DNA of 64,000 bases. Source: an uncultured delta proteobacterium (GTDB lineage: Bacteria; Desulfobacterota; BSN033; UBA1163). The stretch is taken from the NCBI GenBank assembly GCA_963827685.1, contig CAWHBU010000003.1, forward strand, positions 320,001-384,000. Direction: 5' to 3'. Shown here piece after piece: positions 52,026 through 62,380 of the stretch (the stretch's first letter is position 1; each line of letters opens with the position of its first letter). Under the pieces are notes generated by a model, which saw nothing but the letters and a program-made list of their open reading frames with translations, did not search any database and was not told where the DNA came from. The translations under genes were made by a program, and so were the position numbers.

Positions 52026-53351
52026 ATGTTTAATATGAATTGGGACAACCTATTAGAGGAAGCGACCCATCATCTTCAGGAATATATCCGTATTCAAACA
52101 GTCAATCCGCCCGGGAATGAAATAGAAGGAGCGAGGTTTTTTAAAAGAATTTTCGATGCGGAGACTATTCCATGTCAGATTTTCGAGCCGTTACCAGGCA
52201 GAGGAAGTATCCTCGCCACATTAAAAGGGAATGGAAAGAAGAAACCCATCCTTCTTCTCAATCATATGGATGTGGTTCCTGTTGAAAAAGAACGTTGGAC
52301 GGTAGATCCTTTTGATGGAACCATTCAAGATGGATATCTCTATGGTCGCGGAGCTCTTGATGATAAATCCATGGGGATCGTAGAGATGATGGCCCTGTTA
52401 ATCCTGAAACGTGAAAGGGTTTCTCTGAAAAGAAATATCCTCTTTTTGGCTACGGCTGATGAGGAAACCGGAGGACAATGGGGAATCCAGTGGGCCATGG
52501 AAAATATCCCCTCCTTGAAAGAAACAGAATATGCCCTCAACGAAGGAGGATATATCATTCTTAACAAGACCGGTGCTCCGGATCGATATGAAATTTCCAA
52601 TGGCCAGAAGATCGTCCTCCAGCTCCAATTAAAGGCCAAAGGGACTTCAGGTCATGCTTCCATGCCTCATTCTGACAACCCCAACGTGAAACTGATCCAC
52701 GCTTTGGAGGCAGTGACAAAATGGGAAACCCCCTATACTATCCTTCCCATGGTTAAAGAATTTTTTTCTAAGATGACTCCGAAACAGCCTCCTGACGAAA
52801 GAAAATATTTTGAGGATATTGAGAAAGGCCTCAGAGACCCTTCTTTTTCAGCCAGGTTGACAAAAAATCTGGTCTATAATGCCATGATAAGGAATACCAT
52901 CTCTCTCACCATCCTGCAGGCCGGGAATAAGGTCAATGTCATCCCTTCAGAATCAATGGCCACTCTTGACTGCCGCCTCATCCCTGGATCTTCCAAGGAA
53001 GATTTCTTAAATGAGATCAAGAAAAGAATAGGAGGTGAAATTGAAGTGGAGGGAAAGATGGAAGGAAAACCCATCCCACCCTCACCCTTTAATACGGATC
53101 TTTTCCAGGCCATCCAAAAGTTCGCTTCTGAGAATGATCCGGATTGTCCGGTGGTTCCCTACCTTCTTCCCGGGGCGACAGACAGCCGTTCCCTGAGGGA
53201 AAGAGGAATTACGTCTTACGACTTCTGCCCTTTTCGTTTGTCAGAGGAAGAAATATTAAGAACACACGGAAATGACGAACGAATCGCTTTAGAAAATCTG
53301 AGATTTGGAATGAGGATGCTGGTTGACATTGTTAAGGAGGTGGCTGCTTAA
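52026..53351 (+). CDS. M20-family metallopeptidase/amidohydrolase
   Basis: HMDVVP, GRGALDDK, ADEE, GHAS, GATDSR and HGNDE. Confidence 0.92.
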   Translation: MFNMNWDNLLEEATHHLQEYIRIQTVNPPGNEIEGARFFKRIFDAETIPCQIFEPLPGRGSILATLKGNGKKKPILLLNHMDVVPVEKERWTVDPFDGTIQDGYLYGRGALDDKSMGIVEMMALLILKRERVSLKRNILFLATADEETGGQWGIQWAMENIPSLKETEYALNEGGYIILNKTGAPDRYEISNGQKIVLQLQLKAKGTSGHASMPHSDNPNVKLIHALEAVTKWETPYTILPMVKEFFSKMTPKQPPDERKYFEDIEKGLRDPSFSARLTKNLVYNAMIRNTISLTILQAGNKVNVIPSESMATLDCRLIPGSSKEDFLNEIKKRIGGEIEVEGKMEGKPIPPSPFNTDLFQAIQKFASENDPDCPVVPYLLPGATDSRSLRERGITSYDFCPFRLSEEEILRTHGNDERIALENLRFGMRMLVDIVKEVAA

Positions 53352-53370
53352 TCCTCGTCCAACCGCAGCA

Positions 53371-53592
53371 TCATTTCCGAAACAATGCAAACAGCAATGT
53401 CAGGATGATGCTGATAAGGATGGAGGTGACAATGGGAAAATAGAAAGTGAAGTTCTTTTTTCTGATGATGATATCTCCGGGAAGTCTACCTATCCAAGGA
53501 ATTTTCTCACCAATCAATAGAAGTAAGCCGATAAGAATAATAAAGACACCCAGAAGAATGAGCATCTTGCCTAAAGCACCGAACCCAACCAT
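53371..53592 (-). CDS. DUF2905 small membrane protein
   Basis: GRLPGDI..FYFPIVTSILISIILT. Confidence 0.9.
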   Translation of the reverse strand: MVGFGALGKMLILLGVFIILIGLLLLIGEKIPWIGRLPGDIIIRKKNFTFYFPIVTSILISIILTLLFALFRK

Positions 53593-53808
53593 TTAAAACA
53601 CCTCCAATCCAAGCCCTGATCCTGGCAATAAGTTTTCGATTTTGCACACTGGGATTACGTAGAGAATACTTCCCCTCCCCTGGCGGGAGGGGATATAGGG
53701 GGGGAATAAATCTTCTTGTTCACCCCCACCCTCACCCTCCCCCGTCAAGGGGGAGGGAAGTGCGTTGCATTTGCACCATTGGTGGGTGACGAGACCCATA
53801 TGTAAAAT

Positions 53809-54384
53809 TTATTTTGTATTTGGTGCTTGTTGTTTGGTGCTTGATGCGCTCTTGCCAGAGCGCAAAAACCTTTCTTTTTCACTATAGATACATCCGCAAT
53901 ATTGCTGACGGTATAATCCCATCGCCTTGGAGACCTCCATCCCTCTCTTCCATCCCTGTCGAAAATCTTCATAATAGAATGGAATACCAATCTCGTGAGC
54001 GATACGCTCGCCGGTTTCTTTGATGAGAGCATGATTTTGATGGGTACTTTGGAGAAGGGTGGTTGAAAATCCATCGAAAAACATCTTCTTCGCCTCTTGA
54101 GCTGTGGCTTCAAGGCGAACCTTATAACAATATTGACATCTCTCTTTCACCTGGTGGGACACATTCCTTAAAAACTCTTCGAGGAGATATTCATCCCGAT
54201 AGATCACCTTCAACCCGACCCGCTCTGAGTATTGTATCAATGTGTCCAGTCTTTTTTGATATTCCTGGTAAGGATGGATGTTTGGATTGAAAAAGTATCC
54301 AGTGACATCATCCCCCTTTTCTTTCATTCGTTCGAGGGGAGTGATGGCACAGTTGGCACAACAGATGTGGAGAAGAATTTTCAT
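53809..54384 (-). CDS. queH: Epoxyqueuosine reductase QueH (DUF208)
   Basis: LLHICCANC, NPNIHP, RCQYCY and YRQQYCGCIYS. Confidence 0.93.
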   Translation of the reverse strand: MKILLHICCANCAITPLERMKEKGDDVTGYFFNPNIHPYQEYQKRLDTLIQYSERVGLKVIYRDEYLLEEFLRNVSHQVKERCQYCYKVRLEATAQEAKKMFFDGFSTTLLQSTHQNHALIKETGERIAHEIGIPFYYEDFRQGWKRGMEVSKAMGLYRQQYCGCIYSEKERFLRSGKSASSTKQQAPNTK

Positions 54385-54489
54385 TCAAAGGATAGACGAA
54401 TTAATCGAATGGGAACGAATTTTCCAAATAAAGCCTGTTCGAGTTATTCGCTGCCATTCGTCTCATTCGTATAAAAAAGACGTATTTCA

Positions 54490-56973
54490 TTAACTTGCGG
54501 CCGATAACTTTTTTTCAGAATCTTTCCTCCGTGGAATCCCCAGATCCTTCTCCACTTGCAAAATCCTGTCGGTCGTCTTGATGACCGTGTCAGGATTGAG
54601 GGAGATGCTGTCGATGCCGCAGCGGACCAGAAACTCGGCGAATTCTGGATAGTCGCTGGGAGCTTGTCCGCAGATGCCAATCTTCCTTCCGTTCTTCTTG
54701 GCCCTTTCAATCACTAACTGAACCATTTTTTTCACAGCCGGATCCCGCTCATCGAAGATATGAGAAACTTTCTCTGAATCACGATCCAATCCCAACATCA
54801 ACTGGGTCAGATCATTCGATCCAATGGAAAACCCATCAAAAATCTCAGCGAATTCATCCGCCATGATCACATTACTGGGGACCTCACACATCACATAGAT
54901 TTCGAGGCCATTTTCCCCCTGGATCAGACCGTGCTTTCTCATCTCCGCAATCACCAATCTCCCCTCCTCCACCGTCCTGCAGAAGGGGATCATCAATTTT
55001 ACATTGATCAGACCCATTTTATCCCGAACCTTTTTCATCGCCATGCATTCGAGAGCAAACCCTTCCTGATAAGACTCGTCATAGTACCGGGAGGCTCCTC
55101 GGAAACCAATCATGGGGTTGTCTTCGACAGGCTCAAATTCGATTCCACCGATGAGATTGGCGTACTCATTGCTTTTAAAATCACTCAATCTCACTATGAC
55201 ATCTTTAGGATAAAAGGCAGCAGCAATCTTGGCCACCCCTTGAGCCAACCTATCAACGAAGAAGGCTTCCTTATCTTCATACCCGATGGTCAACTGTTCA
55301 ATCTCCTTTTTAGCATGACTATCGCTGATTGAATCAAATCGGACAAGAGCCATTGGATGGATCTTAATGTAGTTATTGATGATAAATTCTACCCTGGCCA
55401 GACCCACCCCATCGTTGGGAATAAAGGAGAGGTGGAAGGCATTGTCCGGATTTCCCACGTTCATCATGATTTTTGTTTGAGGCTTCTCCAGATGTGCCAT
55501 ATCGAAGTGCCTCACCTCATAATCGAGGATCCCTTCGAAAACCAATCCCGTCTCCCCTTGTGCACAACAAACGGTGGCACTTCGATAGTCTTTCAAAACC
55601 TCGCTTCCATCTCCTGTTCCCACCACACAGGGAACGCCCAGTTCCCGGCTGATGATGGCCGCATGACATGTCCTCCCTCCGCGGTCGGTCACAATGCCCG
55701 AGGCAATTTTCATGATGGGTTCCCAATCCGGGTCTGTCATCTGGGTAACCAATATCTCGCCCTTCTTAAACTTCTCTATCTCTCTCGCACTGGTGATGAC
55801 ATTGATGGGCCCAGCGCCAATCTTTTCACCGACACTCTTCCCCTGTACCAGCACCCTTCCTTTCTCTTTTAAAGAATAGGTCTCCAAAACGTTCATGGCT
55901 CCTTGGGATTTTACCGTCTCTGGCCTGGCTTGAAGGATAAAGAGCTGTTGGGTAATACCGTCCTTGGCCCACTCAATATCCATGGGCATGTAGACCCCTG
56001 CTTTTTTCGAATAGTGCTCTTCGATCTTTATCCCCCATTGTGCAAGCTTAATAATCTCCTCGTCATCCAAGATGAAATCCGCCCTTTCTTGTGCGGAGAC
56101 AGGAACATTCTTGGTTGATCCCTCTCCCTCGAGCGTGTAGATCATTTTGATCTCTTTCGTCCCGAGGGTTTTCTGAATGATGGGTTTATAATTTCCTTTG
56201 ATGCAGGGTTTAAATACATAAAATTCGTCGGGATTGATGACTCCCTGAACAATATTCTCTCCCAATCCATAGGAACCTGTGATGTACACCACGTCCGGAA
56301 AGCCGGATTCCGTATCAATGGTGAACATCACCCCAGAACAGGCTTTATCCGACCGCACCATCTTCTGAATTCCGATGGAGAGAGCGACCTGAAAGTGGTC
56401 AAACCCCTTGTGGGTTCTGTAAGAGATGGCACGGGTGGTAAACAGTGAGGCAAAACATCGTTTGCAGGCCTGAACAAGGGCATATTCCCCGCGAATATTA
56501 AGATAGGTCTCCTGCTGACCGGCAAAACTTGCACCCGGAAGGTCCTCGGCTGTGGCGCTGCTACGGACTGCCACATCCGTATCCTCTCCATATTCCTTGC
56601 ACAACTTCCGATAGGCTTTAACAACCTCTTCAACGATCTCCCTGGGAAACTCCAAACTATGGATAAGCCTCCGGACACGGCTTCCCCTCTCTGAAAGGTT
56701 TTCCACATCCTCGACGTCGAGACCCGTCAGTATCTCTTGAATACCTTCTTTAATCTTTGTTTTACCCTTGACATCATGCCAGTCCTGTACAATCCCTTCA
56801 TCCAAAAGGGAATGGTAGGCATTAACGGTTATAGCAAATCCATTAGGAACGGTCACCCCTTGTTTCGTCAGTTCCTTCCGCATCTCCCCCAAGGAGGCAT
56901 TCTTTCCTCCTACAACGGGAAGATCGTTAAGTCCGATTTCGTCAAACCAAAGGATATAAGGTTTTTTAGCCAT
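54490..56973 (-). CDS. ppsA: Phosphoenolpyruvate synthase
   Basis: VGGKNASLGEM, VRSSATAED, GGRTCHAAI and SIGSNDLTQ. Confidence 0.96.
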   Translation of the reverse strand: MAKKPYILWFDEIGLNDLPVVGGKNASLGEMRKELTKQGVTVPNGFAITVNAYHSLLDEGIVQDWHDVKGKTKIKEGIQEILTGLDVEDVENLSERGSRVRRLIHSLEFPREIVEEVVKAYRKLCKEYGEDTDVAVRSSATAEDLPGASFAGQQETYLNIRGEYALVQACKRCFASLFTTRAISYRTHKGFDHFQVALSIGIQKMVRSDKACSGVMFTIDTESGFPDVVYITGSYGLGENIVQGVINPDEFYVFKPCIKGNYKPIIQKTLGTKEIKMIYTLEGEGSTKNVPVSAQERADFILDDEEIIKLAQWGIKIEEHYSKKAGVYMPMDIEWAKDGITQQLFILQARPETVKSQGAMNVLETYSLKEKGRVLVQGKSVGEKIGAGPINVITSAREIEKFKKGEILVTQMTDPDWEPIMKIASGIVTDRGGRTCHAAIISRELGVPCVVGTGDGSEVLKDYRSATVCCAQGETGLVFEGILDYEVRHFDMAHLEKPQTKIMMNVGNPDNAFHLSFIPNDGVGLARVEFIINNYIKIHPMALVRFDSISDSHAKKEIEQLTIGYEDKEAFFVDRLAQGVAKIAAAFYPKDVIVRLSDFKSNEYANLIGGIEFEPVEDNPMIGFRGASRYYDESYQEGFALECMAMKKVRDKMGLINVKLMIPFCRTVEEGRLVIAEMRKHGLIQGENGLEIYVMCEVPSNVIMADEFAEIFDGFSIGSNDLTQLMLGLDRDSEKVSHIFDERDPAVKKMVQLVIERAKKNGRKIGICGQAPSDYPEFAEFLVRCGIDSISLNPDTVIKTTDRILQVEKDLGIPRRKDSEKKLSAAS

Positions 56974-57040
56974 GGTCCCCTCCCTGGGAGCCTTAATTAT
57001 TTTATGAATTGGTGTTAACCTTTCGGTATATTAGAATATA

Positions 57041-57069
57041 AATTTAGCCGAACCTAACTGCCTTGTCAA
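57041..57069 (-). promoter_or_regulatory. Putative sigma70 promoter of ppsA
   Basis: Minus strand TTGACA-N17-TAAATT. Confidence 0.55.
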
Positions 57070-57172
57070 GGGTGGTTCTCATCTCATGTGATTTGATTTG
57101 CAAATGAGGAATTGATTTTTGAATAAATTATAATTAATATAGGACGTTATCCTAGAGAAGGAAGTGAAATCC

Positions 57173-60001
57173 ATGAAAAGTCCGAGATATGTCTATCTTT
57201 TTGAAGAGGCAGATGGGACCAACAAGAAACTCCTTGGAGGGAAAGGAGCGGGCTTGGCTGAAATGACCCGTATGGGTCTTCATGTCCCGCCCGGCTTTAT
57301 CGTCACCACAGAGGCCTGCCTTCGTTACTATGAGAACAAAAAGAAACTCCCTAAAGGTTTGATGGAGGAAGTCCGGACAAACCTGAAGATCGTGGAGGAA
57401 AAAACAGGTAAGACGTTTGGAAGTGCCCAAAATCCCCTCTTCTTCTCTGTCCGTTCGGGCGCCGCGATTTCTATGCCAGGAATGATGGACACCATTCTCA
57501 ATTTGGGTTTAAACGACAAGACTCTGGAGGCTTTGATCCAGATCACTTCGGATGGAAGATTCGCCTTTGATGCCCACCGGAGATTTATTCAACTCTTCGG
57601 GAAAATTGCCTTGGGAGTGGAAGAAAAGGAATTTGACCAAATCCTTAACGAGACAAAAGAAAAAGCCGGAGCCAAGGAGGATACTGGTCTCGATGCGGAT
57701 GATCTCAAGGATGTCTGCAAACAATATCTGAAATTAGTTAAGAAGAGGACGGGAATTCCTTTTCCAGAGAATCCAATGGTCCAATTGGAACTCGCCATTG
57801 AAGCGGTCTTCAAATCGTGGATGGGCAAGAGGGCAGTGGATTATCGGAAGGAATTCAACGTTACCCCTGACATGGCAAATGGAACCGCTGTCAATGTGTG
57901 TACCATGATTTTTGGAAATATGGGTTTTGACTCTGCGACAGGGGTCGCCTTTACACGAGACCCGGGCACAGGAGAAAACATTCTTTATGGCGAATATCTC
58001 GTGAATGCTCAGGGTGAGGATGTCGTGGCCGGGATCCGGACACCCAAACCCATTCAAGAGATGAAGAAGGAAATGCCGAAAATCTATCGAGAGTTGGAGC
58101 GGGTCAGAAAAACCTTGGAAGAACATTTTCATGAAGTTCAGGACTTCGAATTTACCGTGGAGAAAGGGAATCTTTACATCCTTCAAACCCGAAACGGGAA
58201 GATGAATGCTCAGGCGATCGTTCGAACCTCCAAAGAGATGGTCTCTGAAAAACTCATTCATAAGCAAGAAGCAGTCCTGAGATTGAAACCTCAGGAGTTG
58301 GAACAACTCCTCCATAGGCGGATCGATCCAAATTTCAAGGGAAAACCGGTCTGCGCCGGCCTTGCCGCCTCCCCTGGAGCAGCCTCCGGAAAGGCAATCT
58401 TCGATGCCGATGAGGCGGAACGGGTAGGGAAGCTCGGCCACAAGGTGATCCTGGTTCGAGAAGAGACCAAGCCTGAGGATATTCACGGATTCTTTGCCTC
58501 ACAAGGAATCTTGACAACCCGTGGGGGAAAAACTTCCCATGCCGCCGTGGTGGCAAGAGGCATGGGGAAGCCTTGTGTTTCAGGATGTGAAGAACTCCAC
58601 ATCGATCCGAGAGGGAAAGAGGCGACGATAAGAAATGTTCACCTCAAGGAAGGAGATTTTATCACCATCGATGGCTCCAGGGGCGAGGTCTATCTGGGAG
58701 AGGTTCCTACTGTAGATCCTGAAATCAGCAAAGACCTGCTGACGCTCTTGAGCTGGGCGGATGAGATAAGAACCTTGGGCGTTCGGGCCAATGCCGATAC
58801 CCCTGAGGGAGCGGTTAAAGCCAGGCAGTTGGGTGCAGAAGGGATCGGCCTCTGCCGAACAGAAAGAATGTTCAATGCCGCGGATCGGCTCCCTATCGTC
58901 CGGCAGATGATCTTGGCAGGGTCGAAGGAAAAGAGAGCAGAGGCGATTGCAAAACTCCTTCCCATGCAGCGCAGCGACTTGAAGGAAATCTTCAAAGCCA
59001 TGGCAGGCCTGCCGGTGACCATCCGCCTCCTCGACCCACCGCTTCATGAGTTTCTTCCGTCCGCCGAAGAATTAGCCGAAGAATTGAGAAAGCTGAAGGA
59101 GGTTGAGACCGCCTTTTCCACTATGGAAAACATCTCCGATGCAATGAAGTTTTTGGATCCCTCTTTTCGGGAATCACTCGGACTCCTCGACCACGTGGTG
59201 ACGGATATTGTCGAGATTAGAGAGAAGAGACTCGATAAAAAGCTCATCCGGAAGGAACAGGAGACCCTCAGGAAGGTAAAAGAGATGATGGAGGTCAACC
59301 CCATGCTGGGCCATCGGGGAGTAAGATTGGGAATCACCTATCCTGAAATTTATAGGATGCAAATTCAGGCCATTCTGGAGGCAGCCGCCGAGCTGATTAA
59401 AGAGGGAGTCGATATTCAACCTGAAATCATGGTTCCGCAGGTCTGCACGGCCCAAGAATTGAAATGGGTTTATCAACTCGTCAAAAAGGTCCAAAAGGAA
59501 GTGGAGAAACAATATCGGATTCAGATCCCCTTCAAATTCGGGACCATGATCGAAGTCGTGAGGGCTTGTATGAGAGCCGGAAGATTGGCAGAGGTGGCCG
59601 ACTTCTTCTCCTTCGGGACCAATGACCTTACCCAGGCCACCTTCTCTTTCTCAAGAGAGGATGCGGAGAATAAATTCCTTCCTCTTTATAATCAACGAAA
59701 GATTCTCCAGGACAATCCCTTTGAAGTATTGGATGTAAAAGGCGTAGGAAGGTTAATGATGATTGCCATTGAGTGGGGAAGGAAGACGAAACCGGATCTG
59801 AAGATTGGAATTTGTGGTGAACACGGCGGTCATCCGGAATCAGTTGAATTCAGCCACAGCATAGGACTTTCTTATGTCAGTTGTTCCGTTCCACGACTCC
59901 CGATTGCGCGCCTCGCAGCAGCCCATGCCAAACTGAAAGAGAAGGATAGAATATTGCCAGAAAAATATGACCCGGATACGAGTTTTAACATCTTTCTCTA
60001 A
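57173..60001 (+). CDS. ppdK: Pyruvate, phosphate dikinase
   Basis: LGGKGAGL, SMPGMMDT, NAQGEDVVAG, GGKTSHAAVVARG, EVNPMLGHRG and SFGTNDLTQ. Confidence 0.96.
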   Translation: MKSPRYVYLFEEADGTNKKLLGGKGAGLAEMTRMGLHVPPGFIVTTEACLRYYENKKKLPKGLMEEVRTNLKIVEEKTGKTFGSAQNPLFFSVRSGAAISMPGMMDTILNLGLNDKTLEALIQITSDGRFAFDAHRRFIQLFGKIALGVEEKEFDQILNETKEKAGAKEDTGLDADDLKDVCKQYLKLVKKRTGIPFPENPMVQLELAIEAVFKSWMGKRAVDYRKEFNVTPDMANGTAVNVCTMIFGNMGFDSATGVAFTRDPGTGENILYGEYLVNAQGEDVVAGIRTPKPIQEMKKEMPKIYRELERVRKTLEEHFHEVQDFEFTVEKGNLYILQTRNGKMNAQAIVRTSKEMVSEKLIHKQEAVLRLKPQELEQLLHRRIDPNFKGKPVCAGLAASPGAASGKAIFDADEAERVGKLGHKVILVREETKPEDIHGFFASQGILTTRGGKTSHAAVVARGMGKPCVSGCEELHIDPRGKEATIRNVHLKEGDFITIDGSRGEVYLGEVPTVDPEISKDLLTLLSWADEIRTLGVRANADTPEGAVKARQLGAEGIGLCRTERMFNAADRLPIVRQMILAGSKEKRAEAIAKLLPMQRSDLKEIFKAMAGLPVTIRLLDPPLHEFLPSAEELAEELRKLKEVETAFSTMENISDAMKFLDPSFRESLGLLDHVVTDIVEIREKRLDKKLIRKEQETLRKVKEMMEVNPMLGHRGVRLGITYPEIYRMQIQAILEAAAELIKEGVDIQPEIMVPQVCTAQELKWVYQLVKKVQKEVEKQYRIQIPFKFGTMIEVVRACMRAGRLAEVADFFSFGTNDLTQATFSFSREDAENKFLPLYNQRKILQDNPFEVLDVKGVGRLMMIAIEWGRKTKPDLKIGICGEHGGHPESVEFSHSIGLSYVSCSVPRLPIARLAAAHAKLKEKDRILPEKYDPDTSFNIFL

Positions 60002-60065
60002 ACTGCTTAGGAATCGTTTAGACCTCAACGGGTACGGGAATCGGTCAGGTAGGAGGAAATGACCC

Positions 60066-60494
60066 ATGCCCTTCAGAACATCGATCAAGGTCTGCTTCAG
60101 TGACATAGATAATGCGGGGATTGTCTACTATCCCCGTTTCATACATTACTTCCATTTGGCGATGGAGGAATTCTTCGCTGAGGAGATAGGGATCGATTAT
60201 GCAGACGTCTTACATAGACACAACCTCTCCCTTCCAACCGTCCACCTCGAAAGCGACTTTCGACGGAGGTTGCGTTACGGCGATCGGATCAGCATGGAAG
60301 TCAGAGTGATCCACATCGGCCAAAGCTCCATTACCTGGGGGTATCGGGGTTACCGAAGGGACGAAGAAGAAATGGTCGTGGAGGGGCAAAATGTTACGGT
60401 CTGCGTCAGGACAGATACCTTTGACAAAATAAACGTCCCTGAATGGCTGAGGCAGGGTTTGGCCAGCTACATGGAGAGGTTTAATAAGAAGTGA
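60066..60494 (+). CDS. Acyl-CoA thioesterase (4HBT/YbgC family)
   Basis: FSDIDNAGIVYYPRF hotdog-fold motif. Confidence 0.9.
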   Translation: MPFRTSIKVCFSDIDNAGIVYYPRFIHYFHLAMEEFFAEEIGIDYADVLHRHNLSLPTVHLESDFRRRLRYGDRISMEVRVIHIGQSSITWGYRGYRRDEEEMVVEGQNVTVCVRTDTFDKINVPEWLRQGLASYMERFNKK

Positions 60495-60528
60495 CTCCAG
60501 GACCCACAAGGTGGAGTGTCGTGAACCC

Positions 60529-62265
60529 TCAGACCTCAAGGGGAAGGATTTTCCGATCTCTTAATCTGACATATCCCTGATGAGTAATTCTCAGGTGAGG
60601 GATGGCAGGTGTTCCGAGAGTATCGATGGTGAGCATAGGCTTTTCCCATTTGACTCCGTTCTCCCTTAGGAATTCTTCGAGTTGTCTTACCTCTTCTCGC
60701 ACCACCTCCATCGATTTTAACGATACCAATCCGCAGAGAGGAGCAGGAAATTCAGCGACAACCTCCCCTCCCACCGCATAAACGCCTCCGCCGCCAATTT
60801 CTTTGAGCCTTTCAATGACCGTCTCCATCGATCGGGTATCGCACCCCACGATAATCATATCCGTTGTATCCCAGCACATCGTAGATCCATAGGCTCCCTT
60901 TTGAAGACCAAATCCTTTGAGAAGCCCCATGAAGGCCTTTCCGTTACCCACCCGATCTATGGCAAGGATCATGATGACGTCCTCCGATTCACCAGGGATC
61001 TCAAGATCAATCATCTTCTCCTGGGTCACCAGTCTTGTTACAAGTTCCATCACCCTTACCTTCCCTCGATTCGGGAGTGGAGGGACCGTGTAGTTAGAAA
61101 CCTTAACCATATGAAACATATATTCCGGAAAAAAAACTTTCTTTGGTTCAACCATCGATTTACCGTCTCTGTAAATAATCTTTCCGTCGCACATCACAAG
61201 CTGGGGGGAATAATCATGCGGTGAAGGGATGATCACAATATCCGCCATCTTCCCGGGGGAAAGAGAGCCGATAAGGTGATTCAGGCGGAAGTGGTCCGCT
61301 ACATTAATGGTAACCATTTGAAAAGTTATGGCCGGCGAAACTCCAAGCTTCAGCGCCTTTTTCAACGCGGCGTCAAGATAGCCCTCCTCAAGGAATCCAT
61401 CAGGGTCCACGCCGTCGGTGGCAAGGATCAATCTTCTAAAATCGACCTTCTTCCTGAAAATATCCTTGACTCCATCCAATTCTTTTCTTACGGACCCTTC
61501 CCTAATCATAACCGAGTAGCCGAGTCTCAGTCTTTCCAATACCTCATCTTCGTTGATGGGCTCATGACAGGACGAGACTCCGAAACAGGTATATGCCTGA
61601 AGCTTTCTTCCTCTGGCGCCTGCGCTGTGCCCTTCGATGATCTTCCCAAGTCCGAGAGCCATGGAGACAAGTTCTCTCACTCTCTCCCCCTGTCTTCCCT
61701 CCAAAAAAATGTTACCCCAGTAAATCTCACCTACGCCCAGGCACCTTGGGTCCTTCAGCAAAGGCAGGAGTTCTTCATTCGTGGGGGCATTAATTTCTTC
61801 GGATGGAGTGAGACCGCACATCGCCGGGATGGTGTAGTAGAACCTGATCGGCTGCTTTTCTAATCCTCTTGCCACGTATTCGATGCCGTCTTTGCCTACT
61901 ATCGGCGCGAACTCCATCGTTTCGGTAACAACCGTGGTGGTCCCGCCAGGGATGACATGCCTTGTGAATTCTTCGATCCCCGACCTGTTACTAATGGTGT
62001 GCGTGTGGCCGTCGATCAACCCGGGAAGAAGAACCATGCCATCTGCGTCGATCACCAGGGTCTTCTCTCCTTTGCATGGATCATGGTCAGGACCAACATA
62101 GGCGATCATTCCATCCTTGATCCAGATGGACTGTTTCTTGATAAACTCTCTTGTGAAAACATTGAAGACTGTACCATGGGTGATGATCGTATCAGGAGGA
62201 ACATTTCCTAAAGCCACTTCACTTAGCGTTTTTCTCTTTTCGATATCATTCATGAAAGGTTTCAT
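60529..62265 (-). CDS. Adenine-deaminase-like amidohydrolase (divergent paralog)
   Basis: DGHTH, EGHSAG, SCHEP, IREGS, ATDG and an Ade C-terminal domain. Start uncertain. Confidence 0.85.
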   Translation of the reverse strand: MKPFMNDIEKRKTLSEVALGNVPPDTIITHGTVFNVFTREFIKKQSIWIKDGMIAYVGPDHDPCKGEKTLVIDADGMVLLPGLIDGHTHTISNRSGIEEFTRHVIPGGTTTVVTETMEFAPIVGKDGIEYVARGLEKQPIRFYYTIPAMCGLTPSEEINAPTNEELLPLLKDPRCLGVGEIYWGNIFLEGRQGERVRELVSMALGLGKIIEGHSAGARGRKLQAYTCFGVSSCHEPINEDEVLERLRLGYSVMIREGSVRKELDGVKDIFRKKVDFRRLILATDGVDPDGFLEEGYLDAALKKALKLGVSPAITFQMVTINVADHFRLNHLIGSLSPGKMADIVIIPSPHDYSPQLVMCDGKIIYRDGKSMVEPKKVFFPEYMFHMVKVSNYTVPPLPNRGKVRVMELVTRLVTQEKMIDLEIPGESEDVIMILAIDRVGNGKAFMGLLKGFGLQKGAYGSTMCWDTTDMIIVGCDTRSMETVIERLKEIGGGGVYAVGGEVVAEFPAPLCGLVSLKSMEVVREEVRQLEEFLRENGVKWEKPMLTIDTLGTPAIPHLRITHQGYVRLRDRKILPLEV

Positions 62266-62380
62266 AACAAACACGGAGATGTCCTGTCAAATAACCTCTG
62301 CCAAACTCATGATGTCTATGCCTCCTGTGAGATATATTGTTATGCTGCCTGCCGCATGCGACCTGCTTTTGACGGCGTGG

